64,000 bases of DNA from Candidatus Poribacteria bacterium (GCA_965218285.1 OZ244616.1:1728133-1792132), one strand, 5' to 3'; numbered from the stretch's first letter, positions 49,181 to 60,309 are shown. The notes: a model not told the origin generated them from the sequence alone. A program made the numbers and translations.

Positions 49181-49287
49181 CCAAATTAACTTATACCCAA
49201 TTAACCCGATTTGTAGCGCGAGGTCCCCGGGTCCTCCTCGCAATGCTGATTTTATCAGAAGACGTCTAATCAAGTTAATTTGGTATT
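49181..49287. repeat. Family-1 MITE
   Basis: ccaaattaac...gcgaggtccccgggtcctcctcgc...gttaatttggtat. Confidence 0.65.
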
Positions 49288-49308
49288 ACCACAAAAGGAG
49301 TATATATA

Positions 49309-50370
49309 ATGTCATCTTCAACAAGTGCAATATTCGGACTAATTTTCTTAGGATTAGCGAATGCCTCCGTTTTCTTGATGTTCAAGTTATGGGGTTACCC
49401 GTTTAACAAGGAAACACATAAAAGTGAAGCACCGCGATCATTGATACTTCTGCATCGATGTCTCGGTTATGCGTATGCAATACTCTATATCTTTATGATG
49501 TGGTACATGGTGCCACGCTTATGGAATTATCAAGTGGAATTACCACCCCGCACCGTTGCACACTTGATGCTCGGTATTACTATCGGTGTAATAATTCTGG
49601 TCAAGGTCGCTATTCTTCGGTTTTTTCGGCATTTTGAGGAATCAATGCCATATATCGGTGTTTCATTACTTGTTTGCACCTATCTGTTGATTGGGCTGTC
49701 AGTTCCGTTCACATTCCGTGAAACCGTGCTACGAACCCAAACAAGGGCATTTAGTGAGGAAGGCATCGCGCGGACACGACAGTTGATCGAAACAGCGGGA
49801 TTCCCAGCAGAAGCACCACTTGACGAACTTGCATCAAAACGTAAACTTCGAGAGGGACAACACGTTCTACAACATAAATGTGTTGTATGTCACGATTTAC
49901 GCACCATCCTCGTGAAGCCGCGCACACCACCAGATTGGGTTCGCTTAGTCAATCGTATGGCGATAAAACCTGTCATCGGAGAACCGATCTTCCCAGAAGA
50001 GGAGTGGAGTGTTTCTACATATCTGATTGCAATCACACCCGACCTCAAGACTGCAGTCAAACAGCAGCGTGAAGAAAAGATGCGGACCGATGAAGCAAAA
50101 GCAGCCCTTCAAATTGCATCCACTATAATGGCGGAGGAATCAACTATAACTGCTCCAGTAGACAGTTACGATGAGGTGGAAGCAAAAGCACTCTTTGAGG
50201 ACAAATGCTCACAATGCCATGAGTTATCCGATGCTATAGATTATCCGCCTCAATCTAAAGAGGAAACAACCGAAATCATTACGCGTATGATTGATAATGG
50301 ACTATATCTTGAAGAGGAAGAGATTAAGTTGATTACGCGTTATATGAATGAAAATCTTCTAACAGAATGA
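49309..50370 (+). CDS. Membrane-anchored dihaem c-type cytochrome
   Basis: Two CxxCH motifs (CVVCH, CSQCH) in the C-terminal half and about five hydrophobic helices in the N-terminal half. Confidence 0.6.
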   Translation: MSSSTSAIFGLIFLGLANASVFLMFKLWGYPFNKETHKSEAPRSLILLHRCLGYAYAILYIFMMWYMVPRLWNYQVELPPRTVAHLMLGITIGVIILVKVAILRFFRHFEESMPYIGVSLLVCTYLLIGLSVPFTFRETVLRTQTRAFSEEGIARTRQLIETAGFPAEAPLDELASKRKLREGQHVLQHKCVVCHDLRTILVKPRTPPDWVRLVNRMAIKPVIGEPIFPEEEWSVSTYLIAITPDLKTAVKQQREEKMRTDEAKAALQIASTIMAEESTITAPVDSYDEVEAKALFEDKCSQCHELSDAIDYPPQSKEETTEIITRMIDNGLYLEEEEIKLITRYMNENLLTE

Positions 50371-50407
50371 TTGTCATTACACAAATGGGAATATCACGGA
50401 GGGCAAA

Positions 50408-50851
50408 ATGAAAATTTTTACGCTTTCAACAGAGCATCTGATTAAAAAGCCTCTGGATGAGGTTTTTTTATTTTTTTCTGATGCACATAATCTAACAGAG
50501 ATTACACCGTCACAAATGCATTTAGTAGTACTTACACCTCGTCCAATTGTGATGGAGGTTGGTACACGCATAGACTACCGTTTTAAACTCCGTGGTATTC
50601 CAGTCCGATGGCAAACCGAAATCACAGAATGGAACCCTCCGCATTTTTTCGCAGATGAACAACGCAGGGGACCCTATCAATGCTGGATTCATAGGCACAC
50701 ATTTGATGAAACTGATGGGGGAACACTTGTAGGGGACGAGGTAGAATACGCTGTATTAGGCGGAGGATTGATTAATAAACTTCTTGTCCGACCAGATATA
50801 GAAAAGATTTTTGAATATCGCTCGGAAAAGCTGCAGGAATTGCTGAATTAA
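50408..50851 (+). CDS. SRPBCC (Bet v1/START-like) family protein
   Basis: Size and hydrophobic-pocket pattern typical of polyketide-cyclase/CoxG-like SRPBCC proteins. Confidence 0.5.
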   Translation: MKIFTLSTEHLIKKPLDEVFLFFSDAHNLTEITPSQMHLVVLTPRPIVMEVGTRIDYRFKLRGIPVRWQTEITEWNPPHFFADEQRRGPYQCWIHRHTFDETDGGTLVGDEVEYAVLGGGLINKLLVRPDIEKIFEYRSEKLQELLN

Positions 50852-51024
50852 TTGTGCAACATCGGAAATATGTTATACTAACATTACTTTAAATCGTAGG
50901 GGCGGGTCCCTGTGCCCGCCCGTGCTCCGAAACAGCAAAACAATATGAATTCACGTTAATATAATATCACTGACTGGCTCATCTATGGTGGACACGCATA
51001 AACACATACTTGCCATGAAATCAT

Positions 51025-52017
51025 CTACTCGTCAAGCCAACTCATCATACTACGCAAATTCTTGCCAACTTCCTCAATCTGCAATTCTGCTTCCTGTCGT
51101 CGGAGTGCGCGCAGTACTGCTTGGTTAGCCTGATTCTCAAGCACCCACTCTCTTGCGAAGATACCACCCTGCACATCTTTGAGAATCTGGCGCATTTTTT
51201 CCCGAACGCTATCGTCAATGAGTCGGGGACCGCGCGTGAGGTCACCATATTCTGCGGTATTACTGACATCGTTCCGCATTTTGCTCAACCCACCAGCATA
51301 GATTAGGTCAACAATCAGTTTCAATTCGTGAAGGCATTCGAAGTATGCCATTTCTGGTTGATACCCCGCTTCAACGAGTGTATCAAATGCGGCTTTAATA
51401 AGAGCTGCAGTACCACCACATAGCACAGCTTGTTCACCAAAAAGATCAGTCTCCGTTTCTTCACGGAATGTAGTTTCGATGACCCCAGCACGTGTGCCAC
51501 CAATGCCTCTTGCATAAGCGAGTGCGATATCGCGCGCAGCACCAGTCGTGTCTTGATGGATAGCAATGAGACACGGCACACCACCACCCCCTTCAAATAC
51601 TTCGCGGACGAGGGAACCAGGACCCTTTGGGGCAATCATTGTAACATCAATATCGTTGGCAGGCACAATCTGTCCAAAATGTACGCTGAACCCGTGCGAC
51701 ACCATCAGCATGTTTCCTGCCTGCATATTCGGCGCGATCCCTTCAAGGTACACAGCAGAATGTTTTTCGTCGGGGATGAGAATCTGAACGACATCCGCCA
51801 TCTCGGATGCTTCTTCAACTGTTTTGACGGTTAAGCCTTCTGCTTCTGCACGTGCTATTGAGCGACTGCCTTCGTATAGTCCAACAACAACGTTTGCGCC
51901 GCTGTCTTGAAGGTTTAGTGCTTGCGCCCTACCTTGTGCACCATAACCGATGATGGCGACGGTACGTTGTTTCAGTAAATCAAAATTGGCATCACTATCG
52001 TAATAAATTGTTGCCAT
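51025..52017 (-). CDS. ilvC: Ketol-acid reductoisomerase
   Basis: Rossmann [17 protein letters not shown] and the KARI C-terminal domain. Confidence 0.95.
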   Translation of the reverse strand: MATIYYDSDANFDLLKQRTVAIIGYGAQGRAQALNLQDSGANVVVGLYEGSRSIARAEAEGLTVKTVEEASEMADVVQILIPDEKHSAVYLEGIAPNMQAGNMLMVSHGFSVHFGQIVPANDIDVTMIAPKGPGSLVREVFEGGGGVPCLIAIHQDTTGAARDIALAYARGIGGTRAGVIETTFREETETDLFGEQAVLCGGTAALIKAAFDTLVEAGYQPEMAYFECLHELKLIVDLIYAGGLSKMRNDVSNTAEYGDLTRGPRLIDDSVREKMRQILKDVQGGIFAREWVLENQANQAVLRALRRQEAELQIEEVGKNLRSMMSWLDE

Positions 52018-52064
52018 AAAGTTGGTCCTCTCTTTTGAATCTTTTAATGTTTTGCCAACGCGTA

Positions 52065-52598
52065 CTATTTTGTAGCACCCCGCATTATCGCTATTTTGCC
52101 GGTGCGCGCTAATTCAAGAATACCGTATGCGTTAAAAATCTCAATCGCCGCTTCTAATTTACCTTCATCACCAGTAATTTCAATCACGAGGGACTCAGGC
52201 TTTGTATCTATAACCCGCGCACGGAAGACCTCTGCAACTTGTAAAATCTCAGTGCGTTTCTGCGGATCAGCAGTGCAAATCTTGAGGAGAAGGAGTTCAC
52301 GTTCAACATGCGTGCCGACAGAAAGGTCTGTAACCTCAATAACGTCAATCAGTCTGTTTAGATGCTGGTAAATCTGATCAATAATCTGTGCATCCCCATG
52401 TGTTACAAGCGTAATCTGTGAGATGCTCTTGTCATGTGTTTCAGCGACGTTGAGACTGTCGATATTGAAACTACGTCCGCTAAAAAGTCCTGCGACACGT
52501 GCAAGCACTCCAAATCGGTTTTCGACCAAAACCGAAAAAATATGTCGTTCTTCTTTAGTGATACTCACTACGGCTAAAGCCGTGTGCTTCTTTTGCAC
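52065..52598 (-). CDS. ilvH: Acetolactate synthase small (regulatory) subunit
   Basis: ACT domain [20 protein letters not shown] start preceded by AGGAGA. Confidence 0.9.
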   Translation of the reverse strand: MQKKHTALAVVSITKEERHIFSVLVENRFGVLARVAGLFSGRSFNIDSLNVAETHDKSISQITLVTHGDAQIIDQIYQHLNRLIDVIEVTDLSVGTHVERELLLLKICTADPQKRTEILQVAEVFRARVIDTKPESLVIEITGDEGKLEAAIEIFNAYGILELARTGKIAIMRGATK

Positions 52599-52637
52599 AC
52601 AACTCTCCTATGTGATTCCTGCTTCTGTCTCTCGTGC

Positions 52638-52945
52638 CTCCGAATGAGGTCTTACTTGGACTCCACAGGCGTAACTTTCCGTGTATCCCACGGTAGGTTG
52701 TTAGTGAATGTGGTAGGGTCGTTGTCCTAACAACGGACATTAGTTTTTCTCTACCACATTCTAATGTTTTAAGTGATTTCGCACCAGCATCACACACCTT
52801 TCCACAGGTGAGGGATAGGACCCATACAGGTTGTCCGGGGTGGAAACCCTATCCACGATGGGACATATAGTCCAACATGTTTTGGTGCAAATGTCATAAG
52901 TTTTTTGACCCACGGCTAAAGCAGTGGGATTGTCAGCTAATTCCC
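52638..52945 (-). repeat. B-type IS200/IS605-related structured element in the ilvB-ilvH spacer
   Basis: Both terminal hairpins (gaggtcttacttggactccacaggcg; gacccacggctaaagcagtgggattg) match 34142-34525. The interior is unrelated. Confidence 0.5.
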
Positions 52946-53083
52946 TTCATTTTATGCTAACTTTTCCCTCGCCTTACAGGCGAATCGGTTTTGATGGGAT
53001 GTGAGGAGAATAGTGTTTATCCGGAATTACACGAGAATAGACAAGAAGTGTTTTGTGCCTTGTTCTCCTCACAGACGTGGAAT

Positions 53084-54760
53084 TTAAGATAGTCCTCGGA
53101 TTACATCCCCAAGACCCGCTCCCGCGGGCACCATCGGGAATACGTTCTCCTCTTCGTCAACAATGAAATCAATGACAACAGGACCGTCGTTAATACCTTT
53201 TGCCTTCAGTAATGCGGGTTCAACATCTTCGGGATGTTCAACCCGAAGACCGGTCGCACCAAATGCTTGTGCAAGCAAGGCGAAATCAGGATTGTCGTGG
53301 TAATCAACAGCAGAATAACGTTTGTCATGAAACAATTCCTGCCATTGACGCACCATCCCTAAATACATATTGTTGATGATAAATATCTTAAGCGGCAACT
53401 TCATCGTAACCGCAGGCACCAACTCTTGTATAGTCATTATATAGGACCCATCGCCGTTGATATTGACAACGGTTTTCTCTGGGCATCCGAGTTGTGCACC
53501 GATTGCAGCTGGCAGACTGAAACCCATCGTGCCGAGACCGCCAGAGTTGAGCCACGTCCGAGGTTCGGTAAATTTGAAATATTGTGCCGCCCACATCTGG
53601 TGTTGCCCGACATCCGCTACAACAATAGCATCACTATAGTGTTCATAAATCTGCTCTATGACATATTGTGGCATCACTTTATTGCCTTTTTGCTCGTATT
53701 CAAACGGATATTTCTGTTTCCATTCCTGAATCTGATCGCGCCACGGATCAATATCTGTTGTACCGACTTGCTTATTTAATTCGGTAAGGACATTCTTTGC
53801 ATCACCAACAATTGGCACATCTACTGGCACATTTTTCCCGATACAAGAAGCATCGATATCAATATGTATCTTTTTCGCATTCGGTGCGAATTTACTCAAA
53901 TTACCAGTAACCCTGTCATCAAATCTTGCCCCAATAGCAATAACGAGATCCGCATCAGTGAAAGCGTAATTGGCGCAGCAAGAGCCATGCATACCGGGCA
54001 TCTCCATCGCCAACGGGTGTGTCTCTGGAAATGCGCCGAGTCCCATCAAGGTGACAGTAATAGGGATACGTGTTTTGAGGGTTAACTCTCGCAGCTCTTC
54101 ACTTGCATTGGCAAGCACAACACCACCGCCAGCATAAAGCATCGGACGTTTAGCTTCCTTGATTAATGCAACGGCTTTGGCAATTTGCGCTGGATCCCCA
54201 TGCACTTGTGGTTTATAACTGCGAATGTCAACTGTTTCTGGATATTGAAACAAGGTTTTGTGGAGCTGAGCATCTTTAGCGATGTCAATAATAACAGGAC
54301 CCTGTTTCCCTGTGCTAGCGATATGGAATGCTTCTGCAACAACATCGGCTACCTCATTGCTGTCTTTGATAAGATAACTGTGCTTACAGATCGGTCGAGT
54401 TACACCGATAACATCACATTCTTGGAAAGCATCGCTGCCGATATGGTGGGTGTACACCTGCCCGGTAATCGCAACCATCGGAATTGAATCCATATAGGCA
54501 GTTGCAATTCCGGTAACAAGGTTAGTTGCGCCAGGACCGGAGGTAGCGAGTGCAACCCCGACCTTCCCCGTGGCGCGTGCATATCCATCAGCAGCGTGAG
54601 AGGCTCCCTGCTCATGCCGCATCGGAATCAAATTTACTTCTGTTTCGTCGTACAGGGCATCAAAAATCGGCATTGCCGCGCCACCGTTAACACCGAAGAT
54701 ATATTCGACACCTTCACGTTTGAGACTATCAACCAGGATTCTCGCTCCTGAAAGTTCCAT
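53084..54760 (-). CDS. ilvB: Acetolactate synthase large subunit
   Basis: TPP-enzyme blocks GVPGDSIPMVAITGQV-like and GGLGTMGFSLPAAIGAQ. Start at MELSGARI, preceded by GAGGAA. Confidence 0.9.
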   Translation of the reverse strand: MELSGARILVDSLKREGVEYIFGVNGGAAMPIFDALYDETEVNLIPMRHEQGASHAADGYARATGKVGVALATSGPGATNLVTGIATAYMDSIPMVAITGQVYTHHIGSDAFQECDVIGVTRPICKHSYLIKDSNEVADVVAEAFHIASTGKQGPVIIDIAKDAQLHKTLFQYPETVDIRSYKPQVHGDPAQIAKAVALIKEAKRPMLYAGGGVVLANASEELRELTLKTRIPITVTLMGLGAFPETHPLAMEMPGMHGSCCANYAFTDADLVIAIGARFDDRVTGNLSKFAPNAKKIHIDIDASCIGKNVPVDVPIVGDAKNVLTELNKQVGTTDIDPWRDQIQEWKQKYPFEYEQKGNKVMPQYVIEQIYEHYSDAIVVADVGQHQMWAAQYFKFTEPRTWLNSGGLGTMGFSLPAAIGAQLGCPEKTVVNINGDGSYIMTIQELVPAVTMKLPLKIFIINNMYLGMVRQWQELFHDKRYSAVDYHDNPDFALLAQAFGATGLRVEHPEDVEPALLKAKGINDGPVVIDFIVDEEENVFPMVPAGAGLGDVIRGLS

Positions 54761-55453
54761 GCCAATTTCCTCATAAACGGTTGTAGGCACATTACGTCGT
54801 GCCATAAACTTGTTGAAAGAAAAAACCCTCTCGTTCCACCTTTGGAGACGAGAAGGATGCTAAACTCACCTTTCCGTGGTACCACTCCAATTTACTCACT
54901 CGGTTTCAAGGCGATTATTCTAATCAACCCATCTATGCCGAGAGAGCACTCTTTGGGATGCAATAACGGACATCACACCGGCTAACCTTACTAAAAAACC
55001 ATTCAGATTAGCAGCTCCAGGACGACTTTCAGTCGTGGGTACTTGAGGCAACCTCTCAGCCTACGAGTCACCTTCTCTTACAAGACCGTCAGACCTACTC
55101 TTCCCCTTCAACGCTTTTTATAATCTATTTAATTTTTTATTTGACACGCCGTTCTTGCTAACGCTCACGGGTGTTTCTGAATTCTGTTATTTTACCCTCT
55201 AATTATAACACATCTGAACGGAAATGTCAAGAAAAAGTAGAACTTGCTTGTCTATTTAGTATTCTAACCGCACCTACCGTTCATGGAGGACCGCTAAATT
55301 GAAACCTATGGGTTTCACATTCGTTCAAACTCGCCAAATTCCATAAGCGCATTTGGCGTTGATTCCCTATGACTAAATTTGAACTATCAGTTTCCGTAAT
55401 CTCAATCAGAAGATTAAGACTATGGAAACGGAAAGTTTGTTAAGGGAGGTTGA

Positions 55454-56266
55454 TTATTGCAAGGATTTAAGTTGTCCCCAAACAACGCTGACTTTACCCG
55501 TTGGGTCTACCGATTGTAATTCGGTGGCAAAACGATTCGACATGAGTTCAGCAAGTTCTATTGCGATTTGGTCATTTGGCGGAATGGTAGTGCCGGAAGA
55601 TGTATGGAAGTTGATGAACCATCCGTCCATATCATCTGTTCTGTAGGCGATTGGATCCGCATCTGTGCCGTTATCTGAATAACTTTCAAACTCAAAATTG
55701 TTTTGTTCTAAAACTGTCATACCTACAGGACGGTTTGATGTCCACTGTTTGAGTGAAGGCATATATTGCTTACCTAAATCGGTAGGGGATGCATTTACAG
55801 TATTAGCATTTGTAACGGTAACGCCAAACACACTTTGCTGACCTCTCTTCTCATTGGTAACCCGACTATTTGTACCATAATTCCAATAATAGTAGAAAGG
55901 CCAATCCCCAATCATTGCAGCGATTCCACCATCCCTTAACCAAGAATGAATCAAATCGTCTGCTCCCTTATTTTGGAATATTGTATCTGGGACATTTCCC
56001 TGGGTAAGGACTATGATACCATTTGGGTTTGCATTCATATATTCTGCAACACCTTCACCGTCAACGATTTCCGCAGTTAGTTTGTTATCCTCAAGTTTTT
56101 CTACAATGAGGTCTGCTAACCCTTGCGCCCCCGGTTGCCCTCCTGGAATGCCTAAGCCAGCACCTTTTTCCAAATTAATATCGTAAGCAACAGCGACGTC
56201 TTGTGCGAAACTGTAACTCACAAAAGTTAGCACGATAATTGATATAATACAAAAAAACTTTTTCAT
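55454..56266 (-). CDS. Secreted ThuA-like / class-I glutamine-amidotransferase-like protein
   Basis: Start MKKFF with AGGAGA RBS and a signal peptide. C-terminal tail GKVSVVWGQLKSLQ. Confidence 0.4.
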   Translation of the reverse strand: MKKFFCIISIIVLTFVSYSFAQDVAVAYDINLEKGAGLGIPGGQPGAQGLADLIVEKLEDNKLTAEIVDGEGVAEYMNANPNGIIVLTQGNVPDTIFQNKGADDLIHSWLRDGGIAAMIGDWPFYYYWNYGTNSRVTNEKRGQQSVFGVTVTNANTVNASPTDLGKQYMPSLKQWTSNRPVGMTVLEQNNFEFESYSDNGTDADPIAYRTDDMDGWFINFHTSSGTTIPPNDQIAIELAELMSNRFATELQSVDPTGKVSVVWGQLKSLQ

Positions 56267-56450
56267 GGTTAGTTCTCCTAATTGGCAGATCACATTTGTT
56301 TAACTTTTAAAGTAGTTAGATAATTTAATATAACATATTTGAACAGAAATATCAAGATTTTATTAATTGCTTGACAAAACTACCATATTATGATAGTTTA
56401 TACATGCGTCAATTAAGGATAAATATTCGACTTTCAGGATCGAGGAAAGA

Positions 56451-59135
56451 TTGATGAATCAAAAATACAAATCCGTTTACTTTCCGGATCATCCGGGGGA
56501 AACATCTCAGAAAAAATCGTTAACTTTAGCATTTGGTAAGAAAACAGGTGAACTTTATGAGCGTATTAAGGGACTTTCAAGTGCTGAACTTCGTCAGTTA
56601 TTTGGAGATGACTATCAAACACTTGTAGAAAATGCTAAAGTTGATGACTTACCTTTAAACACCTATTGCCTTCGCCAATTAAAGCAATCTGTGAATTTTA
56701 TTCATGATCCTGCTATTCAACTTAAACTGCCAGGTATGGAGGAAAAAACAGAATTATTTGATCCGGTGACTGTAACTTTTAAGGATGGACGAAAAGAGCC
56801 TTTTGCTCGATGGTACCCGTACTTAGAAGGATACTCAACCCAATTTGTGGAAGCAATATTGAAAAACTACGCCCCGAACGCCCAGAACATCTTAGATCCA
56901 TTTGCTGGAACAGGAACAACCGTCTTCACCGCTGCCCAACTTAACAAAGCTGCTTATTTCTGTGAAGTAAATCCAGTTCTGCAATTTATAAGTTTAACAA
57001 AAATACGGATCCGGTTATTAAAGGTGTCTCAACGATCAGCAATAGCCAAAGAACTTGTTCAAGTTAAAAATTCGCTAAAAAAACTTGAAAAAATTCCACG
57101 AAATTATGCTCTACATCAAGCATACATACAAACCTTTGGCGACAGTTTATTTTTTGATGCACCTGTTTATGACAAGGTTTTACGAACTCGCTCGTGGATT
57201 GATGAAGTCGCCCTTGAAAATCCAATCTTAGCCGACCTTATCACAGTTGCTGTCCTATCAGCCCTTGTCCCTGCGTCCCGGATGAAACGGTCAGGTGATT
57301 TGAGATACAAGACAGCAAAGGAACTTGCGCGGCAAACAGTACCGCTCATTGAAGGTATTTGCCAAAATTTCAATCAGATAGCTCATGATATCCGAAATGA
57401 TGTTGATGGACTGAAAACTGAACCATTGCTAATATGTGAAAACGCTCACACGTTAGACAATATATCACCTCTCGGTATTGATACCGTAATTACAAGTCCA
57501 CCTTATGTCAATGGAACAAACTATTTTCGCAATACGAAGATAGAATTATGGTTCTTGCGTTGTTTAAAAGAAAAGAAAGACTTGACAAGGTTTCGCGCTG
57601 CTTCCTTAACTGCAGGCATCAACGATGTAACTGTCTCTAAAATGCCTACTCTATCTCACCCCAGTGTTCAGAAAATTGTTTCCAAACTTAAACAAAATGC
57701 CTACGATTCCCGTATCCCTCGGATGGTTGCTTGTTATTTTAGTGAGATTACGGAAGTATTCAGGGCAATTGGTCCTCACTTAACCCCTGATGCAACAGTC
57801 GCGATTGATATTGGGGATTCTTGTTACGCAGGTGTTCACGTTCCGGTAGATGAGTTGTTGTCAACGTGCCTGCAAGACCTAGGTTTTGTTCAAAAAGATT
57901 CCATGACACTACGAAAACGCAAATCTAGAGGTGGAATGTTGCTTAAACAATCATTACTTGTATTTAAACATTCCTCCAAACCGAAAAGAGAAACTTCCAA
58001 TAAGCGAATCATGGATTGGAGCGACGATTGGAACATCTTCAAGCAAAACCTACCCCACCAGAAAACACCGTTTGCTAAAAGGAATTGGGGGAACTCTCGG
58101 CACTCCTTATGTTCTTATCCTGGCAAACTTAAACCTGCTATCGCACACCATTTGGTACAAACATTTGTTCCAGAAGATGGGCGAGTTTTAGATCCATTCG
58201 CGGGTGCCGGCACAATTCCATTTGAGGCATCACTGGCCGGTAAACACGCCTACGGTTTTGAGATAAGCCCCGCCGCTTTTGCTATTGCTAGTGCGAAGGT
58301 TCAACAACCTACTGAACAGGGTTGTACAACAGTTATTGAGACATTAGAAAATTTTATTGACTGTCACTCAACCGCAGATGCAGAGGTCACTGAAGTGAAG
58401 CATCTAGGGTTCAATGGAAAGATTGTCGAATATTACGAGGCTCAAACCTTGAGAGAAGTTCTCTTAGCGCGACGCTATTTTCAAATTCATCCACCCCAGA
58501 CACCCGAAGAGCGATTGGTGTTTGCTTCGCTGCTCCATATTTTGCATGGCAATCGTCCGTATGCGCTCAGTCGCCGTTCCCACCCACTTACACCTTACAA
58601 ACCTACCGGTCCTTACGAATATCGTCCGCTGATCAATCAACTACGCGCGAAAGTCCAGCGGAGTTTGGATGAAAATTTGCCAGTGAATTTTAAACCGGGA
58701 AAGATATTTTTCCAAGATGCAACAAACTGGTGGCCTAGAGAGATCGAACAACTAGATGCCGTTATTACGTCTCCACCTTTCTTTGATAGTACTCGATTTT
58801 ACGCTGCGAATTGGTTACGGCTATGGTTTTCAGGTTGGTCCGCCCATGATTTTAAAACATGCCCATCAGTTTTTGTTGATGAAAAGCAAAAAAATAGTTT
58901 TGATGTATATATCCCAATTTTTCGCCAAGCGAAAGAACGACTAAAATCTAATGGCGTGGTTGTGATGCATCTAGGAAAAAGTATTAAGTGTGATATGGCG
59001 GATCATTTACAAAAGCTTGGTAAACAGTGGTTTCGTTCGGTAGATCTGTTTGATGAAAACGTTGCACATTGTGAATCTCACGGTATCCGAGACAAAGGAA
59101 CAGTTACGTCACATCAGTATCTTGTTTTGTATTGA
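56451..59135 (+). CDS. DNA methyltransferase with two tandem amino-MTase modules
   Basis: Module 1: ILDPFAGTGTTVF (motif I) ... VITSPPYVNGTNYF (motif IV). Module 2: LDPFAGAGTIPF ... VITSPPFFDSTRFY. Each I-to-IV spacing is about 190 aa. Confidence 0.75.
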   Translation: MMNQKYKSVYFPDHPGETSQKKSLTLAFGKKTGELYERIKGLSSAELRQLFGDDYQTLVENAKVDDLPLNTYCLRQLKQSVNFIHDPAIQLKLPGMEEKTELFDPVTVTFKDGRKEPFARWYPYLEGYSTQFVEAILKNYAPNAQNILDPFAGTGTTVFTAAQLNKAAYFCEVNPVLQFISLTKIRIRLLKVSQRSAIAKELVQVKNSLKKLEKIPRNYALHQAYIQTFGDSLFFDAPVYDKVLRTRSWIDEVALENPILADLITVAVLSALVPASRMKRSGDLRYKTAKELARQTVPLIEGICQNFNQIAHDIRNDVDGLKTEPLLICENAHTLDNISPLGIDTVITSPPYVNGTNYFRNTKIELWFLRCLKEKKDLTRFRAASLTAGINDVTVSKMPTLSHPSVQKIVSKLKQNAYDSRIPRMVACYFSEITEVFRAIGPHLTPDATVAIDIGDSCYAGVHVPVDELLSTCLQDLGFVQKDSMTLRKRKSRGGMLLKQSLLVFKHSSKPKRETSNKRIMDWSDDWNIFKQNLPHQKTPFAKRNWGNSRHSLCSYPGKLKPAIAHHLVQTFVPEDGRVLDPFAGAGTIPFEASLAGKHAYGFEISPAAFAIASAKVQQPTEQGCTTVIETLENFIDCHSTADAEVTEVKHLGFNGKIVEYYEAQTLREVLLARRYFQIHPPQTPEERLVFASLLHILHGNRPYALSRRSHPLTPYKPTGPYEYRPLINQLRAKVQRSLDENLPVNFKPGKIFFQDATNWWPREIEQLDAVITSPPFFDSTRFYAANWLRLWFSGWSAHDFKTCPSVFVDEKQKNSFDVYIPIFRQAKERLKSNGVVVMHLGKSIKCDMADHLQKLGKQWFRSVDLFDENVAHCESHGIRDKGTVTSHQYLVLY

Positions 59136-60147
59136 CATCAGTTTCCTGATGAATTACTCTTTGGTACTCTTGATCGGCTTGAAGTACCCAAGCGGACGAA
59201 ATGGTTGTTGAATGCTTAAAAAAATCAAAGTTTTCATACTTCAAAATACGATTTCGTAACTTGATGATTTCTTGCCTATATGCCGCATATTTTGTCAAAA
59301 GGTTATCTACTTGTTCAGGAATCTTAAGGCATTCAAGTGCCTCAGGATTATAGTGTGGTTGCCCAGTTAGTGTTTCGTATTGAACACCAGTCAGAACAGC
59401 AAGTTGCTTTAACTCGTTGTCTGAGTAATATGCTGATGGCCATTTACCTGATTTTTCGGTGTTATGTTCTCGGCACAGCAGGGTTGCATTTTCTGTTGTC
59501 AAAGGCCATAAAAAAACAGCAGGAAGTGTATGATCAAGTGGACGTTCTTTTGCTTCAACTTTTCGGAGGTCTTTCTTGCACTTAAAACAACAATAGTCAA
59601 AACGTTTGTAAATTTCCTCACTATTGATTTTGGCACTTCCAGAGAGATCCAGATACATCCGCCGCTTTTGTGAAGTTTCACGGTGCTGATCTGTCAACCG
59701 AGTCTTATTTTTAATCGAATTGTAAACCTTCTTGCATATTTTACACTCACTCTGACGGTTTGACTTCCGAGCACGATGCTGGTCAAAAAAATCAAGCGGT
59801 TTCATTGTATTGCAGACAATGCAATATTTATACTCTTGTGCTTCCTCAATATAGTCATCGTGCAGAATTGTAAATGTTCCTTCCTCAATAATGGAATTAT
59901 CTCTCCGATCTTCCAGTTTGTACTCATAGAACTGAGTTTCGTCGCCTGATAACATAATTATCCCACAACTCGGACAAATAATTTCAAAATCATCACCGAT
60001 TTCACCTTTACGAATGAAGATGAATTCCAAGCATTTACTGTTTAGACACTGGAAACCTTTGAAAACTACATCCCCCATCCCTTGAACATGTTCTGCACGA
60101 ATTTGATTTGTTTTAACGACCTTTGTATACGGTTTGCGTCTCGGCAT
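59104..60147 (-). CDS. HNH endonuclease with several CxxC zinc ribbons (putative restriction endonuclease)
   Basis: LDHTLPAVFLWPLTTENATLLCREHNTEK matches the HNH core (DH...EN..LLCR.CN..K). Zinc-ribbon pairs CPSCG, CIVC, CKIC and CCFKC are present. Its 3' end overlaps the MTase gene by 32 nt. Confidence 0.7.
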   Translation of the reverse strand: MPRRKPYTKVVKTNQIRAEHVQGMGDVVFKGFQCLNSKCLEFIFIRKGEIGDDFEIICPSCGIIMLSGDETQFYEYKLEDRRDNSIIEEGTFTILHDDYIEEAQEYKYCIVCNTMKPLDFFDQHRARKSNRQSECKICKKVYNSIKNKTRLTDQHRETSQKRRMYLDLSGSAKINSEEIYKRFDYCCFKCKKDLRKVEAKERPLDHTLPAVFLWPLTTENATLLCREHNTEKSGKWPSAYYSDNELKQLAVLTGVQYETLTGQPHYNPEALECLKIPEQVDNLLTKYAAYRQEIIKLRNRILKYENFDFFKHSTTISSAWVLQADQEYQRVIHQETDVNTKQDTDVT

Positions 60148-60221
60148 TTTACCCTCGCAACTTGTCGTTCCGAAGTGCTGAATGTCTGACTACATTTCCT
60201 CTTGATAACACTTTCATCTGG

Positions 60222-60309
60222 TACCAAATTAACGGGATTTGTAGCGCGAGATCCCCGTGCCTTGCAATGTTGACTTTATCGGAAAACTCCGAATCAAGTT
60301 AATTTGGTG
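60222..60309. repeat. Family-1 MITE
   Basis: taccaaattaacggga...gcgcgagatccccgtgccttgc...gttaatttggtg. Confidence 0.65.
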
